Assembly: GCA_010015585.1 (NCBI GenBank)
Contig: ML975173.1
Origin: Eremomyces bilateralis CBS 781.70
Lineage: Eukaryota
DNA: 64,000 bases
Reading direction: 5' to 3' (one strand)
Part shown: positions 35,184 to 47,352 of the stretch, one piece after another
How the letters are laid out: every line of letters begins with the position of its first letter
Position numbering within the stretch: the stretch's first letter is position 1
Notes under the pieces: generated by a model
The model's input: only the letters and a program-made list of their open reading frames with translations
Told to the model about the DNA's origin: nothing
Database searches by the model: none
Position numbers and translations under genes: made by a program

Positions 35184-37980
35184 ATGGAATATGATCCTCA
35201 GGCGGCGTCGGCCGCCGGCCACAAGAAGAAGAGGGCATATGCTCAGCAGGCCTACGAGTTTGGAGCCAACGCCGCTGGGCAACAACCCCCTCTGGCGCAA
35301 GCACCGCTCGCTCCTCAAGCGGGTGTAGGACAAGCGGGTGTAGGATATCCTGCGCCGCAAGAGCCTCTATCGGCCCAAATGTCTCAAATGAACCTGGGTC
35401 CACAACCTGTTCCTCCACCTCAAATGGCTCCTCAGATGCAAGCTCCCCAGCCTCAAGGGTTGATGAATCAACTATACCCGTCCGACCTACTCCAGACTCC
35501 ATTTAGCGTTCATGAGCTGGACCTTCCTCCACCCCCGATCAATCTTCCTCCCAATGTGAGTCTTCCTCAGGCTTGATGCGTGGTTCGGATCCTAATATAT
35601 CCATAGACAAGTGTCACTCCGTCACTTTTTGCCAACTGCCCGCCCAAGTATGTTCGCTCGACGCTCAACACAGTACCCACGAATAGCTCGCTGCTCAAGA
35701 AATCGAAGTTGCCATTTGCGTTGGTGATACAGCCTTATACCTCTCTTCATGACGCCGAGGATCCGGTCCCGATTGTGCCAGATCAGGTCATCTCCCGCTG
35801 CCGTCGGTGCCGTACATACATCAACTCTTTCGTCACTTTCTTGGACCAAGGCCATCGGTGGAGGTGTAACATGTGCAACCTTACAAATGACGTCCCTCAA
35901 GCATTCGATTGGGATGCAACGCAACAGAAAGCCGTGGATCGTTGGCAGCGTCCGGAACTCAACTACTCCGTGGTCGAGTTTGTTGCGCCTCAGGAATATA
36001 TGGTTCGAGCTCCTCAGCCGTTGGTGTACCTGTTCTTGTTCGACGTGAGTTATGCGGCGGTTACGAACGGACTGCTGGCAACCAGCGCTCGGTGTATCTT
36101 GGAGAGCTTGGATCGGATACCGAATGCCGACCGTCGAACGAAAGTTGGGTTCATCGCCGTTGACTCCAGTCTTCATTACTTCTCGATCCCTCGCGATGAT
36201 GCCGAGAACGGGGAGCCTCGGATGCTTGTGGTCAGTGATCTGGACGAGCCTTTCCTCCCCACCCCTGAAGATCTCGTCACCAACCTTTCCGAATGTCGGG
36301 GCAATATCGAGAAATTCCTCGAGAAACTTCAGTCCATGTTCCAGGAAACGCAGAATGGCTATAGTGCGATGGGCTCTGCATTGCGAGCAGGCCACAGGCT
36401 GATCTCCAACACGGGAGGCAAGATCGTGGTCTTGACCTCGAGTCTACCGAACATTGGCTACGGCAAATTAGAGATGCGTGAGGACAAGAAGCTTCTCGGG
36501 ACCTCCAAAGAAGGTTCGTTGCTTCAGACGGCAAACAGCTTCTACAAGAGTTTTGCGGTCGAATGCTCCAAGGTTCAGGTGTCCATTGACATGTTCCTCT
36601 TCTCTGCGCAATACCAGGATGTCGCAACGTTGTCGAATCTCCCTCGATATACCGGTGGCCAAACGTACTTCTACCCTGGGTGGAATGCAGCTCGACCGGA
36701 AGATGCGATCAAGTTTGCACGGGAGTTTTCCGATTACCTATCGTCAGAAATCGGGCTAGAAGCCGTTCTTCGCGTCCGTGCCACCACCGGCCTGCGGATG
36801 AGCTACTTCTACGGCAACTTCTTCAATCGCTCCTCCGATCTGTGCGCGTTCCCTGCGTTCCCACGCGACCAAGCATACGTTGTAGAAGTCGCTATTGACG
36901 AGACCATAAATAAGCCATACGTCTGCTTGCAGGCAGCAGTGCTCCATACTACATGCAACGGAGAGCGCCGCATCCGCGTCTTGACGCTCGCTCTGCCTAC
37001 TACAGAGAATCTGTCGGCAGTTTACGCGAGCGCAGATCAATCCGCCATCACCGCGTATTTCAGCCACAAAGCAGTGGAGAGAGCGCTCAGCAGTGGCACT
37101 GAGAACGCCCGAGACGCTCTTCAAGCAAAGGTTGTGGAAATCCTCCAGACGTACCGGAAAGAGTTGGCAGGAGGGAACATGGGTGGAGGCGGACTCCAGT
37201 TGCCAGCCAATTTACGAGCCCTGCCGGTCCTCTTTTTGGGACTGATGAAGAATGTGAGTCTGTCCTGCTTTCCGAGCGCTCGACCGTCATACTTACAGCA
37301 GTCGAATAGGTTGGTCTTCGAAAATCCGCACAGATCCCCTCCGATTTGCGGTCTGCTGCTCTCTGTCTACTCTCGACCCTCCCAATTCCTCTCATGTTGC
37401 AGCACATCTATCCCCGAATGTACTCACTGCATGATATGCCGGATAATGCCGGCACTCCCGATCCTGACTCCGGGGAGATGGTGCTACCTCCGCCGGTCAA
37501 TCTCTCGTCTGAGCGGTTGGCTAATTATGGACTCTATTTGATCGACGATGGGCAAACTCAATTCCTCTGGGTGGGGTCGCAAGCGGTCCCTGCGCTCATT
37601 GACGATGTTTTCGGACTGGAAGACAAGACCCAGTTGAAGCAAGGCAAGACTCAACTGCCGGTGCTCGAGAACGAATTCAATGAACGAGTACGAGCGGTCG
37701 TCGAGAAGAGCGCTGATGCCCGCTCAAAAGGAGTTGGGAGCATTGTGGTCCCTCCACTGTATGTGGTTCGCGAAGATGGGGAGCCGAGCCTCAAGCTGTG
37801 GGCTCAGACTCTCCTAGTGGAAGATCGTGCAGATCAGGGTGTCAGCTTGATGCAATGGATGGGGCTGTTGAGGGAGAAAGTAAGCGATCCCCCGGCGAAA
37901 GCCTTTGAATCGTCTCTTTGGCGAGACTGGTGATGCCCATTGAATTCCCTGAGACTAACATTGTCTAGGTTGTCCAATGA
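35184..37980 (+). CDS. SEC24: COPII coat subunit Sec24 (introns 35556-35606, 37254-37309, 37880-37968)
   Basis: Zn finger [10 protein letters not shown]...WRCNMC, trunk [18 protein letters not shown], gelsolin region and LVEDR. 12-nt terminal exon GTTGTCCAATGA. Confidence 0.96.
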
Positions 37981-38896
37981 TGCGTTTGATTGTATCGTAG
38001 CGTTTTCAAGTGAATCTCGATGAGTATTATGGTTCATAAACCGACGGTATACTATGGACATGAATAGTGAAATGCCATACTCCTCGTTGGTCTTTCATTG
38101 ACTGCTCCCACCTTCAACCGTGATATCGACCACTTGCAATCTCAGTGCGTGATCACAACTACTTTCGCTTCCCCTTTGATATGAACGAGTCGGCACTCAC
38201 ACATCAAACTTTCGCGCATCTCGAGCCCTTGAACCACGACGTTCATGATGGATAGCACAGGAAACATCGCTGTAACGAAGTCGTCATTAACTCTCCGCGT
38301 GCACATATGGCACTCTCTCCTCGGCTGATACTCTCACGAGGTCACTCCTGCTGTGGTTTCTACCGACGAATAGGACGAAGTCGGCGAAGATGAGTAGATG
38401 CGGTTGTAGAGGACGAGATAGCGACAAGGGGAACGGTACAAGAGGTAATAGGGAATGGGCAAACGCTCGCCATCGTACAACTTTCGCAGTCATGTAGAAG
38501 GCATAGCTTCAATAACAGCCCCTCTATTTTATTCTAAACCTTTTAGAACAGCTTATTTTCTTTCAAACGTTGAATCTTCGTTCAGTCTAGTCGGTTCAAT
38601 ATTAGAGGAATATTGGTGCCTTGACGCCTTATCGCGGAATTCAGTTCCCGCGACAAACTCAACATGAACTGTCCATACTAAATTATATTTGAATTTTACA
38701 GCATACAGTGTTGACCATTCCACATCCTGGTCATTCAAAAGTCTCATAATTGATCGATTCGACGATTCGACCAATTCTCACTTGGTTGCTCCATTCATGC
38801 AACTTGGTGATCCGATTTGACGAAACGCGAATTTTCTGCCAAAGTCGTCGCCACGCAATCTCACAAGAACATTAAACTTTGACAGATCAGCCAAAG

Positions 38897-41423
38897 ATGC
38901 GAGGGTCAAATTTTCAGGGCCCGAAATTGCCTCAAGTGCTCCTCGATCGAATAGATGGTACGTATGTTCCATTTCTAGGCACTCTCGCCATGTCTAATGG
39001 AACCAGATGCACCGCAAAACGGGTCAGGCAAACGTTATGCTGTACAAGATCGAAAGAGACGGCGTAAAGAGGAGCGCAGAAGCAAAGGGTCACGCAATGT
39101 CCGAGTAGCGAAAAAACAGAGCTTTCCTCAAAGAAAGAGGGTAGATGAGGACGAAGATGCCTTTGACGAAGATGAAATCTCGGCCGATCAACCGTCTGAG
39201 ATCCAGCGGTCAGTCCCAGATCAAAAACACGAACTGAAAGGTCTCCAACAAAAAGTTACCGCAGAGATTAAAAAGGATGAGACCACCGAGAAACCCAATA
39301 GAGTCCATGTCCCAAAAGCAGTTCGTGTTCAACTTGAGGACGACGATGCTAAAATTGCGGCGCTTGAAAAGAAGCTTGGGCTTCGACGGAAAAAGAATCT
39401 TCCCAAGGACGACGGTCTTGGTGATCTACTGGGAGACTTTTCAGATTCCGACATAGATTCGCAACCTACGAGGAAACGGAAAGCAGAGTACGGCGACTAC
39501 CTCAAGAGCAAGAGAGTGCGACAAGACTCTGAGCAGGATGATTCTTCTGGAATCGAAGACACGAGCGATACCAATTCTGATTCTCCCGGTCCCATAGATG
39601 AAGATGCGATGCCACCTGGAAAATTTTCATCAGCGGATAGCACGATGTGGGACGATTCAGCAGAAGAATTCGGCGGTTTCAGCGGGTCTAGTAATGAATT
39701 TGATGAGGACTCTATGGCTATCGACAATCCTCCAAAACGAGTCAAGGAGAATCCATACAAACCTCCGGTTCAACCAGAATCTGCCAACGGAAAATATATT
39801 CCACCCTCAATGCGCATGGGAGCCTCGGACAATGAGGTCTCCGGAAAGCTCACAAGGCAATTGAAAGGGCTCTTGAACAGGCTTTCCGAGTCAAATATCC
39901 TACCCATTGTTCGGGACGTTCAGGAGATCTATTCCTCAAATCCAAGGCAGGTCGTGACGACGACGTTAATTGACTTAATCCTCTCTACGATTCAAGATCG
40001 GACTGCCCTCAACGAGACATACCTAATCCTATATGCGGGTTTCGTGGCTGCGATCTACCGTTTAGTGGGTGTGGAATTCGGCGCCACACTTGTGGAGCGG
40101 ATTGTTGTAGCCTTCGACTCCTGCTACGATAAGGGTAACGCCTCAGACAAACAAACCCTAAATTTGATGTCGTTCCTTTCTCACCTGTACTCGGTTCAAG
40201 TTGTGGGATCGATCGTCGTTTACGATTTTGTTCGCATCTTCTTGAAAGACTTGTCAGAACTCAATACCGAACTTCTCCTAAGGGTAATCAAGAGTTGTGG
40301 GCCACAACTTCGTCATGAGGACCCATCATCCTTGAAAGAAATTGTTCTGGAGCTGCATAGACAAATCGCGCGTGTTGGAGAATCCAATATGTCGGTCCGG
40401 ACGAAGTTTATGGTCGAAACCATAGGTGATCTGAAAAACAATCGCATGAAGACCGGGTTGGGGAGCGCCTCAATTGCAGCAGAGCATCTAACGAAAATAA
40501 AGAGATCGCTTGCGGAGCTCAAATCACAAAATATTAGGGCCAGCGAACCGCTACGGATTGGACTGAACGACATTCGGAATGCAGACAAGAAGGGAAAATG
40601 GTGGCTTGTTGGAGCAAGCTGGAAAGGGATGGGACCTTCAGATGGCGAGGGCGTGCAAGATATCGAACCAATGGCCACAGAGTTGGACGTTACGGAATTG
40701 TCCTTCGATCTCCGAGAGTTGGCAAAACAAATGAGAATGAATACCGATGTTCGACGAGCGATCTTCCAATCCATCATGTCAGCGACCGACTATCAGGATG
40801 CCCACTTCCGACTCCTGAAGCTACGGCTCAAAAAGTCCCAGGAACTGGAAATCCCTCGGATTGTGGTACAATGTGCTGTCTCTGAACAGTCATACAACCA
40901 GTATTATACGTTGATCGCTCGGAAACTATGCGGTGAACACCGGTTCCGCAAAGCTTTCCAGTTCATTTGTTGGGACTACTTGAAGCGTATGGGATCGGAT
41001 GATGAAGAGGACAAGCTCAACGAAGACGGGACTGGAACACTCTCGCTGCGGGAACTCGTAAACCTCGGCAAGATGTATGGGTCTTTGATCGGCCGAGGAG
41101 ACGAGCCCATCACCACGCTCAAGAACGTAGACTTTGCGATGCTTTCCCCAAAAGCAAAGACCTTTGTCGAAATCACGGTCGTCACAGCCCTGTTGGAAAT
41201 TTGCAAAGCACACTCGGAGTCGAAGCAACCGGCCGCTGTTCGGAATCTATTCTCCAAGGCCCTCGAGGTGCCGGATATGGTGACAGGACTGCAACACTTC
41301 ATTCGGACCAGTGTCATCAAAAGCGACATTATCCAGTCTGATCCAGACTCGAAAGCCGTTCGAAAGTTGGCCCAGGTGGGAATTCGGGTTCTGACAGAGA
41401 CCTCCAGTCATGGGGGCCTGTAA
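38897..41423 (+). CDS. SGD1: Sgd1/NOM1 nucleolar MIF4G + MA3 protein (intron 38958-39006)
   Basis: KYIPPSMR, LKGLLNRLSESN, RTKFMVETI.DLKNN, KKGKWWLVGASW, MNTDVRRAIF..IMSATDY.DA. Confidence 0.93.
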
Positions 41424-41453
41424 ATTGGTTGGTGTATTGTCTATCCATCACGT

Positions 41454-43360
41454 CTATAACTTGGCAAGGTTATCTGGAGGTTTCGATGATTTCCACACTT
41501 GCACCTCAGGAGTCTCGAGGTAGTTTGGAGGGAAGAAGCGTGGTCCGAGCAGCTTCTTCAAGACCTTTCCTGATGCGGTCTTTGGAAAATCGCCCTTAAC
41601 AATTCGAAGTAATGTCGGCATCTTATATCCTGCCAGCCGATCCCTTAAATCTCGTCTCAAATTGTCAATCGTCAATTCCACCTTCTTGCCGTCACCATGC
41701 GTTTTCAAAAATTCTTCCGAAATTTCCTCCTCTTGTAGCGCGATCAGGGCCGCAACGCGTTGTCCGAACTCTATATCTTCGACTCCAACAACCATGATTT
41801 CGGATACGTAAGGTAGGGCCAGGATTTCCCGCTCAATATCAAGAGCGGAGATTTTATAGCCGCCAGATTTTATAATATCCATTGATGCTCGGCCGATGAT
41901 GAAATAATGTTTCCCTTGGCGTCTCGCAACTAAACAGATTAGCAAATTTCTTCGATTTTGGTGCACAAACTCACGGTCTCCTGTCCGAAAGTAGCCTTCC
42001 TTGTCATGCGCTTTCGCGGTCGCTTCCGGATCACCCAGGTATTTGGAAAACATGTGCTAGGATATCGCATTAATGTCTCTGCCAACAATGCACAATCATC
42101 GACACTCACAGGACTTTTAACGAGAACTTCACCTTCATCTCCATCGGAGAGTTTAATATCGATCCCAGGAACCCTCTCGCCAACAGAGCCTTCCGGTACT
42201 TCGTCGGCGGACCCTAATCGGACCTTGAAGATAGCGCCGAATTCCGTGGCCCCATATCGTTGGACAATTTTCTTCTGCATGAGTTCCATCCAAAACTGAT
42301 TGATCGGATACGGCAGTGCAGAGGTGCCGCAGAGACAAGCACGAAACTGTCTAGCCCCAGCAACATACTCGGCAAGATGTGCAGGAGCCAGTTTGCTGAG
42401 CACTCGCTGATAGTATCGTCTCATCCTCATGTATATCGTTGGGACGCCGGAGAAGAAGGTGAGCCGTCGTTGGGGGTCCCGAGCCCCTTCTCTCCATCGA
42501 TCCCACAACCATTTTTCGTCAAAACTTCCGCTGCGGAACTCAATGGTGCAGCCGGAAACGAGGAAGGGAAAGAAGGTAATACCCACCCCCGTGGCGTGGT
42601 GTACGGGTAGAACGTGGAGCATGACATCTGCCTCCGTCAACGCATAGTGTTCGGCGACCGCGATCGCCCCGTCAAACACATATGACCTCCGCATGACGGC
42701 GCCCTTGGGAGGTCCGGTCGTACCAGATGTGAAAATCACAATCCCGGGCCCATTTTCATCGAGATACAGATCGGACGAAACGAGGATGTCAAAGGGATCG
42801 ATGGTGGTCGAGAACAGTGCCGGTTGAATCGGTATGCATTGGAATTTCGGGTCGCCCTCTTGCACGATCTTTGCTTCCAGTCGTTGTCCAAGCTCCATGG
42901 CATTCGAATGTGCTAAGATCGCGACGGAGCCCGATTTCTTGACAAAGTATACCGCCTCGTCGACTGGGAGCGCCGTCGTGAGGGGAACCGCAGCTGCGCC
43001 TGCGGCCAGCACCGCCAGTACCGCGACGGCATATTCATAGCTTCCAAGTGCCAGGACCGCAATATAGACATCTTCGCCATTGTCGAGGGCCTCACGAGTT
43101 CGATGGTCTAGTGAATTGATCAAGGTTTCGCGAAGGGCGAGGACATCCGAGAGCAATTGAACATGTGTCCGTGTAACATTTGCTCGACAATCTCTTATCG
43201 CGACTTTCGAGGATCGATGAGCAAGCCGAAGAAGGCGACTGAACAAAGGCTGTCATCCGTCAGGAGTTGCAACCAACATGGAGCGGGACTTTGGACTCAC
43301 TGTGCAAGGGAGGACATTCCGTCCGGAATGGCGGGGGACGAATTGCGTGCGATCGTCCAT
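41454..43360 (-). CDS. Peroxisomal acyl-CoA synthetase (ANL superfamily, ACSF3/MatB-like); introns 43300-43250, 42109-42057, 41974-41930
   Basis: IFTSGTTGPPKG (A3), RYGATEFG (A5), YFRTGD (A7), GRASMDIIKSGGYKISALDIERE (A8), PKTASGKV (A10). C-terminal AKL (PTS1). Confidence 0.9.
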
Positions 43361-44069
43361 ACTATCATGGATAATTCTCCATATCATACAAGTGCAAGGC
43401 GAAAGGGCACGGCGACCTGAAGCCTTTTCTATCCATTGCCCTTATCACGCTTACCCACTCGGCTATTGTTTTCTCTGGATTGCCCTCTATCCATGTCCTG
43501 CTAAGTACTACCGCCACATGTTCGTCGGAACGGACACAAGTTGGAGATCGGGCTTGGGTGAGTCGCTTCCGAGCTTGAGGTTCAAGTGGGGTTGGTTGTG
43601 GCCACTACATGAGGCGCCGGATATGTTCGGTATCCCCCGGCATGGATATTGGGTTTGTTTACTAAATTTCTCTCCAGAATCGTCCAGATATTCACGGATG
43701 AGAGTTTCGGGCTTCGGCACACCAGGCGAGTCAGGAATTGCCGGAGAATGGCGAACGACGATCTATCAACCAAGTCATGATCTCTCCACCGTATCCAGTT
43801 TCCAGGAAATTGCCTTGTATGCGCCATACGGTAGCTGAAATGGCCGTCAGAGGAACCACGGTACCAGTCGTTTGGGGATAGGGAATAATAATAATAAATC
43901 ACATCTGCTCACTCATGTCCTGCTCGGCAATCGGCCTGCGTCCAGAGTCATATTTGAAAGAAGTGCCACTTGTGGCACAGTTGCTCGGTCCCTGGCGTGG
44001 TTGCGCAGTCCAGACTCAATATCCATATATCGGAACGCCACGAGAACATCTAGACCTCGACTTCTGGCT

Positions 44070-44096
44070 CCCGATTCCCGATTCCCGATTCCTGAT
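44070..44096. repeat. Short tandem repeat (CCCGATT)x3 plus a degenerate copy in the ligase/oxidase divergent promoter
   Basis: cccgattcccgattcccgattcctgat read directly. Confidence 0.8.
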
Positions 44097-44234
44097 GAAG
44101 ATTCCTTGACGAAACCCTTGACGTCTGGATTGCGGCCCCTCGCGCTGGCCAAGTCGCATCGTGAAGTTTAAGCATGTAGAATCCACTATTTTGCCTTATA
44201 TTTTCCTGGACTCCAACTTTAGGCTCTTTCTTCT

Positions 44235-44249
44235 CCCGAGAATCGCCGG
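44235..44249 (+). promoter_or_regulatory. Putative Zn2Cys6 site CCCGAGAATCGCCGG
   Basis: CCCGAGAA core plus downstream CCG, also at 47131 and 49847. About 210 bp upstream of the oxidase ATG. Confidence 0.45.
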
Positions 44250-44289
44250 TACAGCTGTGCAGTTGTAGCCGGGCTCCCCAAATCTTAGA

Positions 44290-44295
44290 CCTCGG
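44290..44295. promoter_or_regulatory. CCTCGG (CCGAGG) FarA/FarB-type fatty-acid response core
   Basis: Exact hexamer about 155 bp upstream of the acyl-CoA oxidase ATG. Short, so it can occur by chance. Confidence 0.4.
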
Positions 44296-44446
44296 GGCTC
44301 ATTTTGCAAGCCATGATCGCATCTGGAATTCGACAGATAAATTGGATGGTGGTCTTTATATTCTGGACTGATACCGATTAATCAAAGCTTTGCTTGATCA
44401 TCTTTTTGGGATATATATAATATTAATCGCTGAGATATCAGTCACG

Positions 44447-46715
44447 ATGCCAGACTTTACGGACAACCTAAAGCCGGCACACGATGGAACCCAGATTCTG
44501 GAGGCGGAAAGGAATGGCAGTCCCTTGTCTGTTCAGGAGTTATCGAAACACTTGCTTTCCAGAAATGACTTCCTCAATCGACAGGCAAGGATCCTTGAGA
44601 TTGTCGAAAAGGAACCGTTGATGTCAAAGAAGAACCTCCTAAACTTGGCCCGTCCGGTTAGTTCGGTAGACCGTAGAACATGAATATAAACTGACAAGTG
44701 CAGGATCGATATCACCTTGGCTTGGCAAGAGCGAAACTGATTCGAAGATTGGCTCTCAAGCATGACTGGAATAAGGAGGACGCAGACATGGCTGAATACC
44801 TGGTGGACGAGATGTCACCGTATCACCTCCACCTTTCCATGTTTGGTACGTTGCCGTTGATCCCCTTTATTCCGGAGCGAATGCTCACGGCTCCTTAGTT
44901 ACCACGGTTCGAGAGCAAGGGTCGGAGGAACAGAAGGCTCATTGGATGCCCCAGATCCTCAATTACGATATCATCGGTTGCTACGCTCAGACTGAACTAG
45001 GACATGGAAGCAACGTACGAGGTCTGGAATGTCAGGCCAAGTACGATCCAACGACGAAGGAATTCATTATTCACTCGCCGACTTTGACCGCTTCCAAATG
45101 GTGGAATGGGACCATGGGCCGAACGGCAACGCATGCCATCATCGTTGCCCAGCTCATGCTGCCCGATTCGACCGGGAATTATGTGTCCCATGGGCCGCAT
45201 CCGTTCGTCGTCCAGATTCGCAACAAGGAAACTCATCTGCCTCTCGACGGCATCGTGGTTGGCGACATTGGTCCCAAATATGGTTACACGTCCATGGATA
45301 ATGGATATATGCTCCTAGATAACCACCGGGTCCCTCATTCAGCCATGTTGGCTCGATACTCCCATGTCGATCCAAACACGGGCGCGTTCTCTCGTACCGG
45401 ACACCAAGCCGTGGTATATGGCTCGCTAACTAATGTCCGCGCCACGATCATCATGCACGCAAGGCTCATCTTGGCTCGAGCAGTGACGATCGCGGTGCGA
45501 TACTCTACGATCCGGCGACAATTCCATGATAGGGATGATTCCAAGCAAGCCGGACCGGAGATGACCGTGCTAGACTACCCCACGGTGCAAATCCGGATCC
45601 TTCCTCTGGTCGCGACCACTTTTGCGCTTCATTACACCGGGGAAGCCATGTTCAACATGTATACCAGTACGCGTTCAAACATTGAAAAGGGAGATTTCTC
45701 AGGATTGGCCGAATTACATGGGGTCAGTAGTGGACTTAAGAGTTTGTGCACCACCATTGCAGCCAACGGCATTGAAACATGTCGAAGAGCGTTGGGAGGG
45801 CACGGATTTGGTGGCGGCAGCGGTCTCATCAACATCAATAACGACTACCTTTCCAAACCGACGGTTGAAGGTGACAACTGGATGATCACTCAGCAAACTG
45901 CTCGATATCTGATCAAAAAGATGGAGAGCGTCGTGGCAAAGCCCGATGCACCGGCCAAGGATGGCACCGATGCACTTTTCAAACAATATTTGAAAACGAG
46001 GAATACATACAAACCCAAGGAGCTGGTCATCAATGGACAGTACATCGACAAGGCCATGATGGAAGCGTTCGAGTGGCGTGCAGCAGATTTGGTCAGCAAC
46101 TCACTTCCTTAACGGTATCCATGTATTAAATACTAATATGCTGCAGACATATCGCGCTTATGAAGCAAGGGTTGTCCAAAAGAAGGGCTGGACGAGTCTT
46201 CTCGTGCAATTACACCGACTCAGCAACGGTAAGCCAGATGATAGATTGATGTGGAAGAGAGACCATACTGACCACATCAAGCGTATTCCGAATCCTTCCT
46301 GGTCTCAAACTTTCATCGTGCGCTCGTCCACTCGTCCCTTTCCCAAGCCGCTCAAAGGGTCATGCGAGACATGTATCGACTTTTCGCCCTCTCCACGATG
46401 GACGCCGATGCCAGGACCTTCCAGTCCTGCAACGCGGCGTCTTCTGGATCGCTGGACCAGCTTCCTGACACCATTCAACAACTCATGTTGCAGATCCGAC
46501 CCCATGCTGTGAAGGTTGTCGACGCTTGGAGCATTCCGGATTACGTCCTCGACAGTGCACTGGGGAGGTACGATGGAAAGGTATACGAGGACCTCTATGA
46601 CCGCGCACACCGACAGAACCCATTGAACAGGGTGACGTTCAATGTTGATTGGAGAAGCGATGAGATTGTCAAAGGCAGCAATGATGGGGGAAAGGATATT
46701 TTGGCGAAGTTGTAA
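44447..46715 (+). CDS. Peroxisomal acyl-CoA oxidase (introns 44657-44703, 44846-44898, 46092-46146, 46229-46281)
   Basis: IIGCYAQTELGHGSNVRGLE, SKWWNG, GDIGPK, MDNG, AVRYSTIRRQF, CRRALGGHGF, TVEGDN, DSALGRYDGKVYE. C-terminal AKL. Confidence 0.95.
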
Positions 46716-47130
46716 ACTTCGAAGTATGCGATCTAGCCAACCAGAGTATTTTCGTGTAAGGGTAGCGTGTTTAAAAGATGTTCCAAAGAGGTTTTCCAGC
46801 TCTTCTCTGTACGAATCAATATGGCGGTATGACGGACTTCTGTACTGGAGCCTGAAATCCTGTCTCGGGTGAGCATGAGAATGTGAAAACACGCTGCATC
46901 GCGACGGTCCAACTGATTACTGAAGTTCTCTAAGCCTCTATACTCCGTATTATTGCTGTCAGATGTCCTTTGTCACAACAATCTACAGGGATACGAAGCG
47001 AAAACGCGGGGGAATTCGCCATTGGAACGGAGCCTGCGAAGTGTGGAGCTTAATGCTAATTAGGCCTTGGCTGACCATTGACCATGTACCAACCAACCAC
47101 TCCGGGCTGACTTAGTCCCTTTCCTACCCG

Positions 47131-47145
47131 CCCGAGAATCTCCCG
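47131..47145 (+). promoter_or_regulatory. Putative Zn2Cys6 site CCCGAGAATCTCCCG upstream of the transcription factor (possible autoregulation)
   Basis: Same core as at 44235 and 49847. About 220 bp upstream of the TF ATG. Confidence 0.4.
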
Positions 47146-47352
47146 CCTCGTCTTGGATCTCGGGACCTTGACCTTGAGGCCTCATTTTGATTCCTGTTCG
47201 CCCGATATCAGCCGTGCTGTGGATCGTCTTTGGTTGACCTGAAGTCTACAAGTGTTGTGTTTGAAAATTCTCACGTGGATTCGCGCTGAGGTTCGTCCCG
47301 AATCCTCATTCATGCGCCGCACGGTGACGGGGAAAGAGGAGGTCCAGGCATC

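Noticed and set aside
43278..43838. 186-aa ORF in the cluster's divergent promoter as a fifth cluster gene
   Set aside because: It overlaps the ligase first exon in antisense and has no recognisable motif.
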